This document shows positions 22,801 through 31,579 of a DNA stretch of 64,000 nt, piece by piece; position 1 is the first letter of the stretch; every line of letters begins with the position of its first letter. This DNA is from an uncultured Alkalitalea sp. (lineage in GTDB: Bacteria; Bacteroidota; Bacteroidia; Bacteroidales; Marinilabiliaceae). The stretch covers positions 555 through 64,554 of the forward strand of contig CAZODA010000012.1 of the NCBI GenBank assembly GCA_964578485.1. The letters are read 5' to 3'. The translations under genes and the position numbers were made by a program. The notes under the pieces were generated by a model. The model saw only the letters and a program-made list of their open reading frames with translations, searched no databases and had not been told where the DNA came from.

Positions 22801-23282
22801 GAGCAACAACTATTTGGGAACGTCTGAATTCATACAGCAATACAAACGGCTTTGGAGGAAACAACCAAATGAACTCCTTTAATCACTATTCATTCGGCGC
22901 GGTTGCATCATGGATGTATAATCATTCTTTAGGTATAGAACGTGATGAAAATTCTCCCGGTTTTAAACATTTCTTCTTAAAACCGGAAGTTGACTCCAGC
23001 GGTGAAATGACATTTGCCGGAGGATATTACGATTCAATGTACGGGCGAATCGAATCAGCTTGGGAACAAAAGGATGGCAAAATTTTCTATTCATTTAGCG
23101 TTCCTCCTAATACTTCCGCACACTTATTTTTGGATGCAGCAACAGAAACAAGCATTAAAAGTGAAGGTAAACCATTTAGAGCGATAAAAGGAGTGAAATA
23201 TTGGGGAGTTAAAGATGGAAAGCATATATTTAAGTTAGAATCAGGAAAATATAATGTAGAAATATTGATTAAAAAACAATAA
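19803..23282 (+). CDS. secreted alpha-L-rhamnosidase, glycoside hydrolase family 78
   Basis: 1159 aa with a signal peptide, the GH78 signature PTDCPQRNERLGWGGD, and a C-terminal six-hairpin region (ATTIWERL, FNHYSFGAV). Confidence 0.9.
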   Translation: MKKSFFLSILFVFFGIKDLAANQFEKTPSFGIEKLKVEFVEEPLGIDVEKPRFSWNMKSDNVGARQKAYQIVVTSEEMKVVWNSGKVKSDMSLNIQYEGSPLKPQTRYYWKVFVWNEKNKKNTAESWFETGLMNSGLSAWKDAKWIGCSDDDLVLYSHYLPVFRIDYELELDEERKSTRAGFIYGANDNRLMNKNMNIFQLESKRDESYLMLEVDIAPMLSGQDAILNVYRVGFHPDDLKDKPFKSVSIPSSVINKNNKYQKHRISFTNNLGHTAIVINQKEIIRLGLNPLGQGGDFIAFPVLGDIGFYVPENQKAVFSNIEIRNYRNPSNLIVKEKGSVIVSDDTSIFATHNPSRNSMPILRTRFETGSTISKARLYVTSRGIYDFYINGKLVNKDYFNPGSTQYNKTHLYRTFDVTDLLRSGENAMGAVLGEGWWSGGATFMGEYWNFFGDRQSLLAKLVITYTDGREDVIVTHPDSWKYYNDGPLIYGSFFQGEVYDATKEAKVLNWSKSSYDDLSWKRATEVPLEGTSSFKAGEFNDLKLIGQSSPPVKAIMELTAQSVEEVRPGVFVYDMGQNMVGVPGIKLTNVEPGQRITLRFAEMKYPDLPEYGNNVGTILLENIRAAMSHEIYTAKGENDMIQPRFTFHGYRFIEITGIDVPLPLESVKGIVLSSVHELASYYVTSNKKVNKLWENITWSTYGNFLSIPTDCPQRNERLGWGGDISVFARASTYLADVSGFLRQHMQAIRDTQQKNGRFPDIAPMDVGFGGILWGSAGITVPWELYQQYNDIDLLSEHYDAMKHYIHYILNETIDKETGVIVQQRAWGDLADWLSPEDGKNDKSLLWEAYFLYDLAIMKKTATILGKMEDVEWFTNIFDHRKDFFNNTYIQKESGKTIFSSFDKERRGRLIDTQTSYVLPLVFDLLNEEDKQKIIANLVETIIRDRKADDGKTYPPYSLMTGFIGTSWINKALSDNGHSDIAYRLLQQTSYPSWLYSVEQGATTIWERLNSYSNTNGFGGNNQMNSFNHYSFGAVASWMYNHSLGIERDENSPGFKHFFLKPEVDSSGEMTFAGGYYDSMYGRIESAWEQKDGKIFYSFSVPPNTSAHLFLDAATETSIKSEGKPFRAIKGVKYWGVKDGKHIFKLESGKYNVEILIKKQ

Positions 23283-23283
23283 A

Positions 23284-24753
23284 ATGAAAAAAATTTTTTT
23301 GATTAGTTTGTTTATGGTATTTGTGTTGAATATTCAAGCACAAAACGTTAAATGGATAAGCAGTAAGGATAATGATTTCTGGCAGCAGAAAAGCCTTAGA
23401 CTACAAAACAAATCGGATAAGACTCCGGATATAGAAGTGGATAAGGCCTTTGAAACGCTTATATTCAAAGCATGGGGAACTTGCTTTAATGAATTGGGAT
23501 GGGATGCCTTGAACATCCTTCCTGAAGAAAAACAGGAAGAGATTGTTAAGAATCTTTTTTCACCCGAAGGAGACCTCAAATTCACTATGGGGCGTTTTTC
23601 TATGAATGCCAATGATTACTCTCGTGATTGGTATAGTTGTGATGAGGTTCCGGGGGACTTTCAATTGAAATACTTTAATATCGACCGAGATAAGACGACT
23701 TTAATACCTTTTATTAAATTCGCCCAAAAATACAACCCTGAGTTAAACTTCTGGGCCTCACCTTGGTCTCCCCCGTCATGGATGAAAGTAAATCATTATT
23801 ATTCTGTTCGCAGCAACAAGGAGCATAATCAAATGAATCCTTTATCAGATATCATATTATTTGAAGACAGTAAAGAGGAAAACAAGCAATATTTCCCACC
23901 CAGACTGGCTGTAAATGATTATTTCATACAAGATCCGCGCTATTTGACATCCTACGCCAACTACTTTTGTAAGTTTATCACGGCATATAAGGAACAAGGT
24001 ATTCCTATCAGTATGATTATGTATCAGAATGAAGCGTACAGCTATACTAATTATCCGGGTTGTGCCTGGACTCCTGAAGGAACCATACGTTTCAACGCCG
24101 AATATTTGGCTCCGGCTCTCAAAGAACAACATCCTGAAGTTAAACTATATCTGGGGACTATCAATACCAACCGTTTCGAACTCATCGATCAAATACTTTC
24201 CGACCCTCTTTTAAACAAATCAATTGAAGGCGTGGGCTTTCAATGGGAAGGAGGCCAGATTTTACCCCTAATCCGTGCCAAATATCCGCAATTCAAGTAC
24301 GTCCAAGCAGAAAGCGAGTGTGGATGGGGAAGCTTTGACTGGGGAGCTGCTGAGCATACTTTCGGCCTTATAAACCATTATCTAAGTAATGGTTGCGAGG
24401 AATATACTTTTTGGAATGCAATTTTGGCAGATGACGGTATGAGTGGTTGGGGCTGGAGACAGAATGCTCTGATCCGTGTTGACTCAAAAGCTAAAACCGC
24501 AACCTATACTCCTGAATATTATGCCGTAAAACATTATGCAAACTTCATTGTTCCGGGTTCGGAATTGATATCATGGAAACACTCAGGAAACGATAAAAAA
24601 CCGATAATGGTATATATAACTCCACAAGGAGAACATGTTATAATTGCCGGAAATTTTCAAGACCAAACACAGCAATTAAACCTTAAGATTGGGAAAAAAT
24701 TTCTGGTTGCCACTTTAGAACCTCACTCCTTAAACACCTTTATTTATAAGTAA
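23284..24753 (+). CDS. secreted glycoside hydrolase family 30 (glucosylceramidase/xylanase-like)
   Basis: 489 aa with a signal peptide. GH30 blocks are WASPWSPPSWMK and MYQNEA (acid/base Glu region). It starts 1 nt after the GH78 stop. Confidence 0.85.
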   Translation: MKKIFLISLFMVFVLNIQAQNVKWISSKDNDFWQQKSLRLQNKSDKTPDIEVDKAFETLIFKAWGTCFNELGWDALNILPEEKQEEIVKNLFSPEGDLKFTMGRFSMNANDYSRDWYSCDEVPGDFQLKYFNIDRDKTTLIPFIKFAQKYNPELNFWASPWSPPSWMKVNHYYSVRSNKEHNQMNPLSDIILFEDSKEENKQYFPPRLAVNDYFIQDPRYLTSYANYFCKFITAYKEQGIPISMIMYQNEAYSYTNYPGCAWTPEGTIRFNAEYLAPALKEQHPEVKLYLGTINTNRFELIDQILSDPLLNKSIEGVGFQWEGGQILPLIRAKYPQFKYVQAESECGWGSFDWGAAEHTFGLINHYLSNGCEEYTFWNAILADDGMSGWGWRQNALIRVDSKAKTATYTPEYYAVKHYANFIVPGSELISWKHSGNDKKPIMVYITPQGEHVIIAGNFQDQTQQLNLKIGKKFLVATLEPHSLNTFIYK

Positions 24754-25053
24754 ATGCCAATAAGATAATCTCTTATTTTTGTATAGCTGAAATAGTTCAT
24801 TTTAAACATTTAACAAAAAATGAAATAATAATTATCTGTATTTATCATTCATCGTTTACCCAATTTTTGCGTTCTTACACTTCCCGCAGCTCACCACTCA
24901 TCAACTTCGGGAATAAGGTATCGTGCAATTGGGTAAGGGTGCGGGTTTGAAATTGGTTTTACCGAGCGTTCCATTCCTACGGAATGGCTTTATTCTATTT
25001 CCTTAAAAACATACTAATCACTATATTCAACTTCAAAAAACATGTAAACTCCA

Positions 25054-25237
25054 GTAGAGACGTTGCATGCAAGGTCTCTACGTTTATTCATTGTTGACTG
25101 TTAACTGATAACTGAACCCAAAACCTGTTCCGTTGTTACCTGTCCCGACTTGGCGGGAAACGGGAACCTGTCCCGTTGCAAACGGGATTTCGCTGCGCTC
25201 AAAAACCCGAAACTCTAAACTCGAAACACAAAACCAA
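25054..25237 (-). repeat. mosaic intergenic repeat, copy A (inverted orientation, permuted modules)
   Basis: It holds a 28-nt palindrome GTAGAGACGTTGCA/TGCAAGGTCTCTAC (25054-25081, one G.G mismatch) and three CAGTNAN heptads (minus-strand reading, 25094-25114). A GC-rich segment carries three ACCTGTYCCG direct repeats and the hairpin TCCCGTT-GCA-AACGGGA (25171-25187). The box GGGATTTCGCTGCGCTCAAA lies at 25184-25203, followed by about 5 AAACNNN heptads (25203-25237). Confidence 0.7.
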
Positions 25238-25263
25238 TTATGAATTAAAAATGGAAGATTTTT

Positions 25264-25306
25264 CCGAAAAAGAAAAACCCCTGAAATTATCAATATTCCA
25301 GGGGTT
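25264..25306 (-). terminator. rho-independent terminator after tRNA-Phe
   Basis: AACCCCTG (25276-25283) pairs with CAGGGGTT (25299-25306). On the minus strand the hairpin is followed by TTTTCTTTTT. Confidence 0.6.
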
Positions 25307-25326
25307 TGTTTACTATCTTCTTTAAG

Positions 25327-25399
<73 letters not shown>

Positions 25400-25621
25400 T
25401 TTTTTATTGCGCTGCAAATATAAGCAAAGATTTTTATTTGCAAAACAACAGCTAATTTTTAATCCACATCACAAACTCTCACAATTCACATATCTTTCAA
25501 GCTATCAGCCACTTGCATTTCAACTATAATATCAAATATTTTTTATGTCAAAATATTGTTATAAAGAATCTCTTTGGTACTTATCTAAGAAATTTACTAA
25601 TTTGCGCCAAATTTTACAAGA

Positions 25622-26848
25622 ATGTTCTTTTATACTCACACATTATCAAACGGCATACGATTAATTCATCATCCAATAGATTCACCGGTAGGCTATTGTA
25701 GTTTACTAATCAATGCCGGTTCACGCGATGAAAGTGAGGATGAGCATGGTTTGGCACATTTCATTGAGCATGTCATTTTTAAGGGTACCCAAAAGCGCAA
25801 GGCTTATCATATTCTTAGTAGGATAGACGATGTTGGTGGTGAATTAAATGCTTATACAACCAAGGAAGAAACCTGTGTCTATGCTTCATTTTTAAAAGAG
25901 GATTTCAGAAGGGCAATAGAATTACTCTACGATATAGTTTTCAATTCAACTTTTCCTATTAAAGAGCTTCAGAAGGAAAAGGAAGTCATCTTAGATGAGA
26001 TTAATTCCTACAAAGACAGTCCTTCTGATTTAATTTTAGATGATTTTGAGGAATTAATTTTTCAAAACGATCCTATTGGGAGAAATATTCTTGGACGGCC
26101 TGAGACTATCAGTAAGTTTACTCGCAGCAACATTCACAATTTTATAAATAACAATTACCATACCGATCAGATGGTACTTTGTACCGTTGGTAAGATAAAG
26201 CACGAAAAACTATATAAAATTATCGGCGAATATTTCAACCGTGTTCCTTCTAACATACGCAACAACAATCGTGTTCCCATTCTTCCCTATCATCCTCAAA
26301 CTTTGAATAAGAAGATGGATACTTTTCAAAGTCATATTGTTATTGGCAACAGGGCATATGATTTTAACCATTCGAGCAGATTGGGTTTACTGTTATTAAC
26401 GAATCTATTAGGAGGGCCTGGATTGAACAGTCGCCTTAATATGTCTTTACGTGAAAAAAATGGTATAGCCTATAACATTGAATCTATTTATACACCATAT
26501 TTTGGGACAGGAGCCTTCAGTATTTATTTTGGTTCTGATCATAACAATCTTGAAAAAAGTATCAAGATAGTATTAAAGGAGTTAAAAAAATTACGTGAAA
26601 AAAAGCTTGGTAAAATTCAAATTCACAATGCCCGTCGCCAGCTTAAGGGTCAAATTACCATAGCCGGTGAGAACAAAGAAAACCTTATGCTATCAATAGG
26701 AAGGAGTTTTTTACTGTATAATAAAGTTGACACATTGGAAGAGATCTACTCCAAAATTGATAATTTAAGTCCTGAAGGCTTAATATCAATTGCCAATGAG
26801 ATTTTCGATCCTTCTCTTTTATCATATCTCATTTATAATCAAGGCTGA
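25622..26848 (+). CDS. M16 family (pitrilysin/insulinase-like) zinc peptidase
   Basis: 408 aa with the inverted zincin motif HFIEH (GLAHFIEHVIFKGT) and a downstream Glu region (LNAYTTKEET). Confidence 0.88.
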   Translation: MFFYTHTLSNGIRLIHHPIDSPVGYCSLLINAGSRDESEDEHGLAHFIEHVIFKGTQKRKAYHILSRIDDVGGELNAYTTKEETCVYASFLKEDFRRAIELLYDIVFNSTFPIKELQKEKEVILDEINSYKDSPSDLILDDFEELIFQNDPIGRNILGRPETISKFTRSNIHNFINNNYHTDQMVLCTVGKIKHEKLYKIIGEYFNRVPSNIRNNNRVPILPYHPQTLNKKMDTFQSHIVIGNRAYDFNHSSRLGLLLLTNLLGGPGLNSRLNMSLREKNGIAYNIESIYTPYFGTGAFSIYFGSDHNNLEKSIKIVLKELKKLREKKLGKIQIHNARRQLKGQITIAGENKENLMLSIGRSFLLYNKVDTLEEIYSKIDNLSPEGLISIANEIFDPSLLSYLIYNQG

Positions 26849-27483
26849 TGTTTAAAAATCTTGAAGATTATATTTTAGAGCACAGTGATGATGAGGATCC
26901 TGTTCTTAGTGAGCTAAGCAGGTTTACACATTTAAATGTGCTTCGTCCCCGCATGTTATCAGGTCATATTCAAGGTTCTTTATTAAGAATGATATGCAGG
27001 ATGTTAAGTCCCTCAAGAATTCTTGAAATAGGAACTTATACCGGATATTCTTCTATTTGTATGGCATTTGGGACTCATGATAATGCCAGAATATATACCA
27101 TTGAAAAGAATGATGAATTAAAAGATATCATTCTAAGTTTTTTTCAAAAAGCCGGAGTCCAAAACAGGATTGATCTATTTATTGGAGATGCTTTAGCAAT
27201 AACACCGGATATCGATGAGACTTTCGATTTAGTATTCATTGATGGTGACAAAAGATATTATTGTGATTACTACGAGGCTATTTTTCCCAAATTAAAACCG
27301 GGTGGTTTCATCGTTGCCGATAATACTTTATGGGGAGGAAAGGTGGGTGATCCATCTAAAGCCACTGATGAATACACTAAGGGCATAATGCTTTTCAACC
27401 AGCTAATAAAGAACGATTTACGTGTTGAGAAAATAATCCTTCCACTTCGGGATGGTTTAAGTCTAATTCAAAAAACCATCTAA
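26848..27483 (+). CDS. class I SAM-dependent O-methyltransferase (caffeoyl-CoA OMT-like)
   Basis: 211 aa with the SAM-binding loop EIGTYTGYSS and DLVFIDGDKRYY. Its ATG overlaps the stop of the M16 gene (TGATG). Confidence 0.85.
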   Translation: MFKNLEDYILEHSDDEDPVLSELSRFTHLNVLRPRMLSGHIQGSLLRMICRMLSPSRILEIGTYTGYSSICMAFGTHDNARIYTIEKNDELKDIILSFFQKAGVQNRIDLFIGDALAITPDIDETFDLVFIDGDKRYYCDYYEAIFPKLKPGGFIVADNTLWGGKVGDPSKATDEYTKGIMLFNQLIKNDLRVEKIILPLRDGLSLIQKTI

Positions 27484-27547
27484 CAAAAGATACTGTTAAA
27501 TATAAATTTTTTATCTTTAATCCGCCAAAATCAAAACTTTATCTATA

Positions 27548-29365
27548 ATGATTACAATTGAACGAACCTTTGATCTGTTGGATAACCTCAGACAAAACCA
27601 TAACCGCCCTGACATACTTATGGCCAAGCGTGAAGGCTATTGGGTCAATTTCAGCGCTGAAGATTACAACCGTACCTCAAGACATTTTAGTTACGGCTTG
27701 ATGGCTAAGGGTTTAAAAAAGGGGGATACTATTGCCACTGTTTCCAACAATCGTCCTGAGTGGAATATTGCTGATATGGGCATGTCTATGATCGGAGTTA
27801 TCCATGTTCCCGTTTATCCCAACATAGGAGATGATGAATATCAATTTATCCTTGACCATTCTGATATAAAAATTCTCCTTGTCTCCGACTTGGCAAATTA
27901 CAAAAAATTAAAGCCCATTTGTGACAGTTTAAATAAAGACATAGAAGTTTATTCCTTCGATTACCACAGTGGTATTCCCCATTGGGGTGAGATCACCCGC
28001 TTAGGAATTGCTAACAGGGTAGCTTTTAAGGATGAGCTAAAAAAAATACGTGCATCCATTTCTCCTTCAGATGTTGTTTCTATTATATATACGTCAGGAA
28101 CAACAGGCATGCCAAAGGGAGTAATGCTTACACATGAAAACTTCCTTTCAAATGTGAAAGCCTGCGCCGTTCTTTTCGATTTAAACTCTGAAGATCGTAT
28201 TTTAAGTTTTCTTCCTTTGTGTCATGTATTTGAACGTATGGTTAATTATCTGTTTCAATACCTTGGTTGCGCTATTTATTATGCTGAAAGTCTTGGCACC
28301 ATATCTCAAAACTTAGCTGAGGTTCAGGCTAATGCTTTCGCCACTGTTCCAAGGGTTATCGAAAGGATTTACGACAGGATAGTATCTAAGGGAGAAGACC
28401 TTACAGGCTTAAAGAAAGTTATATTTTTTCAGGCTCTTAAATTAGGTGAAAAATATCGCCATAACGGTAAGCATCATTTTTGGTATGGATTTCGCTTATG
28501 GTTAGCTCGCAAGCTGGTTTTTTCGAAATGGCAGAAGGCTTTTGGTGGTTGTCTAAAGTTTGTTGTTTCCGGTGGTGCTTCATTACAACCCCGCTTAAGC
28601 AGGTTATTTTTTGCAGCCGGAATTCCTTTGTTGGAAGGTTATGGTCTTACCGAAACCTCACCGGTTATAGCTGTAAATCACCTTAGCAAGTCAAATTCCT
28701 TATTAATTGGCACTGTAGGGCCTATAATAAAAGATGTAGAGGTTAAAATTGATGAAGACGGAGAAATTCTTGTTAAGGGGCCTAATATAATGAAGGGTTA
28801 TTATAAAGACGAAAAAACAACTCAAGAGGTCATAGACAGCCAAGGTTGGTTTCATACCGGAGACATAGGCAGTTTAATCAATAATCGCTTTTTAAAGATA
28901 ACCGATCGCAAGAAAGAAATGTTTAAAACTTCCAGCGGTAAATATATTGCTCCCCAAGTTATTGAAAATTTACTAAAAGAATCCTTTTTTATTGAGCAAG
29001 CAATGGTAGTTGGTGAAAATGAAAAATTTGCCAGTGCATTGATATTGCCAAATTTTGAGTATTTACATATATGGGCAAATGAAAGGCGCATTTTATTCAG
29101 AGACAATATGGAACTTATTTCTTTATCTGAAGTAAAGAAACTCTTTCAAAAGGAAATTGATTTTTACAACAAACAACTTGGGAAATTTGAACAAATAAGT
29201 CGTTTCAGACTTGTTTATGAAGAATGGAATGCCCATACTGGTGAATTATCACCAACACTTAAGCTCAAAAGGCGAGTGTTATATAAGAAATATGCACCTA
29301 TTTTACGTGAGATTTATTCTTATGCGGAAGGTGAAGAAAATAGAGGTAAACATAAATTTGAGTAA
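27548..29365 (+). CDS. long-chain fatty acid--CoA ligase (AMP-forming)
   Basis: 605 aa with AMP-binding motifs IIYTSGTTGMPKGVMLTH, EGYGLTETS and GWFHTGDIG. Confidence 0.88.
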   Translation: MITIERTFDLLDNLRQNHNRPDILMAKREGYWVNFSAEDYNRTSRHFSYGLMAKGLKKGDTIATVSNNRPEWNIADMGMSMIGVIHVPVYPNIGDDEYQFILDHSDIKILLVSDLANYKKLKPICDSLNKDIEVYSFDYHSGIPHWGEITRLGIANRVAFKDELKKIRASISPSDVVSIIYTSGTTGMPKGVMLTHENFLSNVKACAVLFDLNSEDRILSFLPLCHVFERMVNYLFQYLGCAIYYAESLGTISQNLAEVQANAFATVPRVIERIYDRIVSKGEDLTGLKKVIFFQALKLGEKYRHNGKHHFWYGFRLWLARKLVFSKWQKAFGGCLKFVVSGGASLQPRLSRLFFAAGIPLLEGYGLTETSPVIAVNHLSKSNSLLIGTVGPIIKDVEVKIDEDGEILVKGPNIMKGYYKDEKTTQEVIDSQGWFHTGDIGSLINNRFLKITDRKKEMFKTSSGKYIAPQVIENLLKESFFIEQAMVVGENEKFASALILPNFEYLHIWANERRILFRDNMELISLSEVKKLFQKEIDFYNKQLGKFEQISRFRLVYEEWNAHTGELSPTLKLKRRVLYKKYAPILREIYSYAEGEENRGKHKFE

Positions 29366-29454
29366 GTTTAGCTAAAATATTGAGGAAAGGAAATTCTCTT
29401 TTTTTATATTTTCGACATTTTTTTAAAATTATAGCTATTCTTTTAAAAAAATTT

Positions 29455-29462
29455 TACCTTTG
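29455..29462 (+). promoter_or_regulatory. candidate -7 box (TAccTTTG) for the cold-shock gene
   Basis: TACCTTTG lies 31 nt upstream of the ATG. No clear -33 TTTG is present. Confidence 0.3.
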
Positions 29463-29492
29463 AATATCTATTTATTTTTTTTTTAATTTATT

Positions 29493-29684
29493 ATGAACAA
29501 AGGAATCGTAAAATTTTTTAATGACACCAAAGGTTTCGGTTTCATTAAAGATGAAGAATCAGGCGAAGAATACTTCGTACATGTCACTGGACTAATTGAC
29601 AAAATCAGAGAAAATGATGAAGTAACGTATGACCTTCAAGAAGGAAGAAAAGGTCTTAACGCTGTAAATGTTAAGCTGGCTTAG
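29493..29684 (+). CDS. cold-shock protein (CspA family)
   Basis: 63 aa with RNP1 KGFGFI and RNP2 FVH motifs. Confidence 0.93.
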   Translation: MNKGIVKFFNDTKGFGFIKDEESGEEYFVHVTGLIDKIRENDEVTYDLQEGRKGLNAVNVKLA

Positions 29685-29723
29685 TTGTAGAAAAATACAC
29701 TATAACTTCCGAAATTTGGAAAC

Positions 29724-29757
29724 GGGGCTGTCTGTAGAAGGCAGCCCCTTATTTTTT
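29724..29757 (+). terminator. rho-independent terminator after csp (sits between convergent csp and ispF)
   Basis: A 9-bp stem GGGGCTGTC / GGCAGCCCC with a 7-nt loop is followed by TTATTTTTT. Confidence 0.65.
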
Positions 29758-29777
29758 GCTAATAATTAATAAGCGTT

Positions 29778-30260
29778 CTATTTTTTCTTGTAAATAAGAG
29801 CAACCACATAGGCGCTGAGTCCTTCTTCTCTACCTACAAAGCCCATTTTTTCGGAAGTACTTGCTTTAATTGATATATCATTTTCACTTATCTGCATTTC
29901 TTCCGACAGTATTTTCTGCATTTTTGGAATAAAGGGATTAATTTTGGGACTTTCTAAACAAACAGTAGAATCAATATTGCCAATTTCATAACCTGCATTT
30001 CTAATTACAGTCATTGTATTGCGCAAAATTATTTTGCTATCTATTCCTTTCAATTCAGGGTCATTATCGGGAAAATGAACTCCTATATCTCTCTGGTTTG
30101 CAGCTCCAAGCAGTGCATCACAAATGGCATGTATAAGTACATCACCATCTGAATGACCTACCGAACCCTTAGTAAAAGGTATTTTAATTCCTCCCAACCA
30201 AAGGTCGTAGCCTTGTTCCAGTTTATGCACATCATATCCCAGTCCTATACGGAAATCCAT
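29778..30260 (-). CDS. ispF: 2-C-methyl-D-erythritol 2,4-cyclodiphosphate synthase
   Basis: 160 aa with GLGYDVHKL and GHSDGDVLIHAICDALLGA motifs. Confidence 0.93.
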   Translation of the reverse strand: MDFRIGLGYDVHKLEQGYDLWLGGIKIPFTKGSVGHSDGDVLIHAICDALLGAANQRDIGVHFPDNDPELKGIDSKIILRNTMTVIRNAGYEIGNIDSTVCLESPKINPFIPKMQKILSEEMQISENDISIKASTSEKMGFVGREEGLSAYVVALIYKKK

Positions 30261-30330
30261 TTACATAAAAATTGACAGTAACAATATATTTATCAGAAAA
30301 CAAACAATTATATACAATACTACTAATATC

Positions 30331-31497
30331 TTAAAACATATCAAGATCAAACCCTAAGGTAAAGCGGATAGTATTTGCTAATGGATTGTTTTGCACCACC
30401 GGTATCAAATAAGAAGCATCTAAGGTAAGCATATTAAATTTGAGGCCTATACCTGTAGTAAATAGTTTCCTATTTCCTTTATTTTCATGTTCATGGAAAT
30501 AACCTGCACGTATTGCAAACTGTTTATCATACCAGTATTCAAATCCAAAGGCGAAATTTATTTCCCTCAATTCTTCTTGCAATCCGCCCGGCGCATCGCT
30601 AAATGACTTGAACATAGCACTGGTAACTGACATATTCTGATATTCACGTCCATAATCAGCTGATGTTTCAGCTGTTTTACCAGGTGTAGGCACCAACAAT
30701 TTATTAAGGTCCAACAATATTGAAATACTGTTATATAGGTCTAGATCGGTAGATAAACCTACACCTAATCTTAAATTGGTAGGAATAAATTGTCTAACAT
30801 CACCTCCATCATAGGAGATTTTGTTACCAATATTTGAAATATTAATTCCTGAAGAAAAAACGGAATTATTACCTATAATGTCGGTAGGGGTATGAAAATA
30901 AAAAGCCAGATCAGCGGCAAAAGAATTTCCCGGCTCCATATCTTGGACAAAGCCTCCTCCTAAATCTGATCTTATATATCTGAAGGCGACAGCTCCTGAA
31001 AATTTTTCCGACAACATTCTGCTATATCCGATATCCAATGCAAATTCATTAGGTTTAACCTGCATTGTAACTTCATTTATATCGGGTGTTTCTCTAAAAA
31101 TAATTTCACCTAAGGTAAAATATCTAATTGAAGCACTTACTGCCTGTAATTCATCAATTTTAGTGAATCCTGTTAAATAATACATATTAATATCATTCAC
31201 CAAGTTTCTCAACCATGGGGTATATGACATAGAGGCTCCGGTTTTATTTTCAATAAAAACGAATTTTGCCGGATTCCAATGTTGAGAATTAATATCCGGT
31301 ACGGAAGCCACTCCGGCATTTCCCATTGCTCCAGCCCTTGAATCCGGTGTAATTCCAAGAAAAGGAACTGCAGTACTGATAATATTCACTTGCCCTCCCA
31401 ATTGATTGGGATTAATTTCTTTTTGGCTAAAAAGGGCCGGCAATATCATCATTAAAAAAACAAAAAAACACACTCCCCTTTTCAAGACTAACTTCAT
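30331..31497 (-). CDS. porV: type IX secretion system outer-membrane channel/shuttle protein PorV (LptO)
   Basis: 388 aa with a signal peptide. The PorV-typical N-terminal block is TAVPFLGITPDSRAGAMGNAGVASVPDINSQHWNPAKF. It has beta-barrel character and sits directly downstream of porU. Confidence 0.88.
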   Translation of the reverse strand: MKLVLKRGVCFFVFLMMILPALFSQKEINPNQLGGQVNIISTAVPFLGITPDSRAGAMGNAGVASVPDINSQHWNPAKFVFIENKTGASMSYTPWLRNLVNDINMYYLTGFTKIDELQAVSASIRYFTLGEIIFRETPDINEVTMQVKPNEFALDIGYSRMLSEKFSGAVAFRYIRSDLGGGFVQDMEPGNSFAADLAFYFHTPTDIIGNNSVFSSGINISNIGNKISYDGGDVRQFIPTNLRLGVGLSTDLDLYNSISILLDLNKLLVPTPGKTAETSADYGREYQNMSVTSAMFKSFSDAPGGLQEELREINFAFGFEYWYDKQFAIRAGYFHEHENKGNRKLFTTGIGLKFNMLTLDASYLIPVVQNNPLANTIRFTLGFDLDMF

Positions 31498-31579
31498 GTG
31501 ATTACTTTTTTTATATATAAAATTATTACTTACAAATTATACTCTACTCTTTGCTAATAACTACAAAACCTTTATTTTA

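Noticed and set aside
24893-24957. Long-range pairing CCCGCA...TGCGGG as a small structured RNA between the GH30 gene and tRNA-Phe.
   Set aside because: There are only 6 bp with a loop of about 50 nt, and the flanks give no supporting helices. This is indistinguishable from chance without covariation data.
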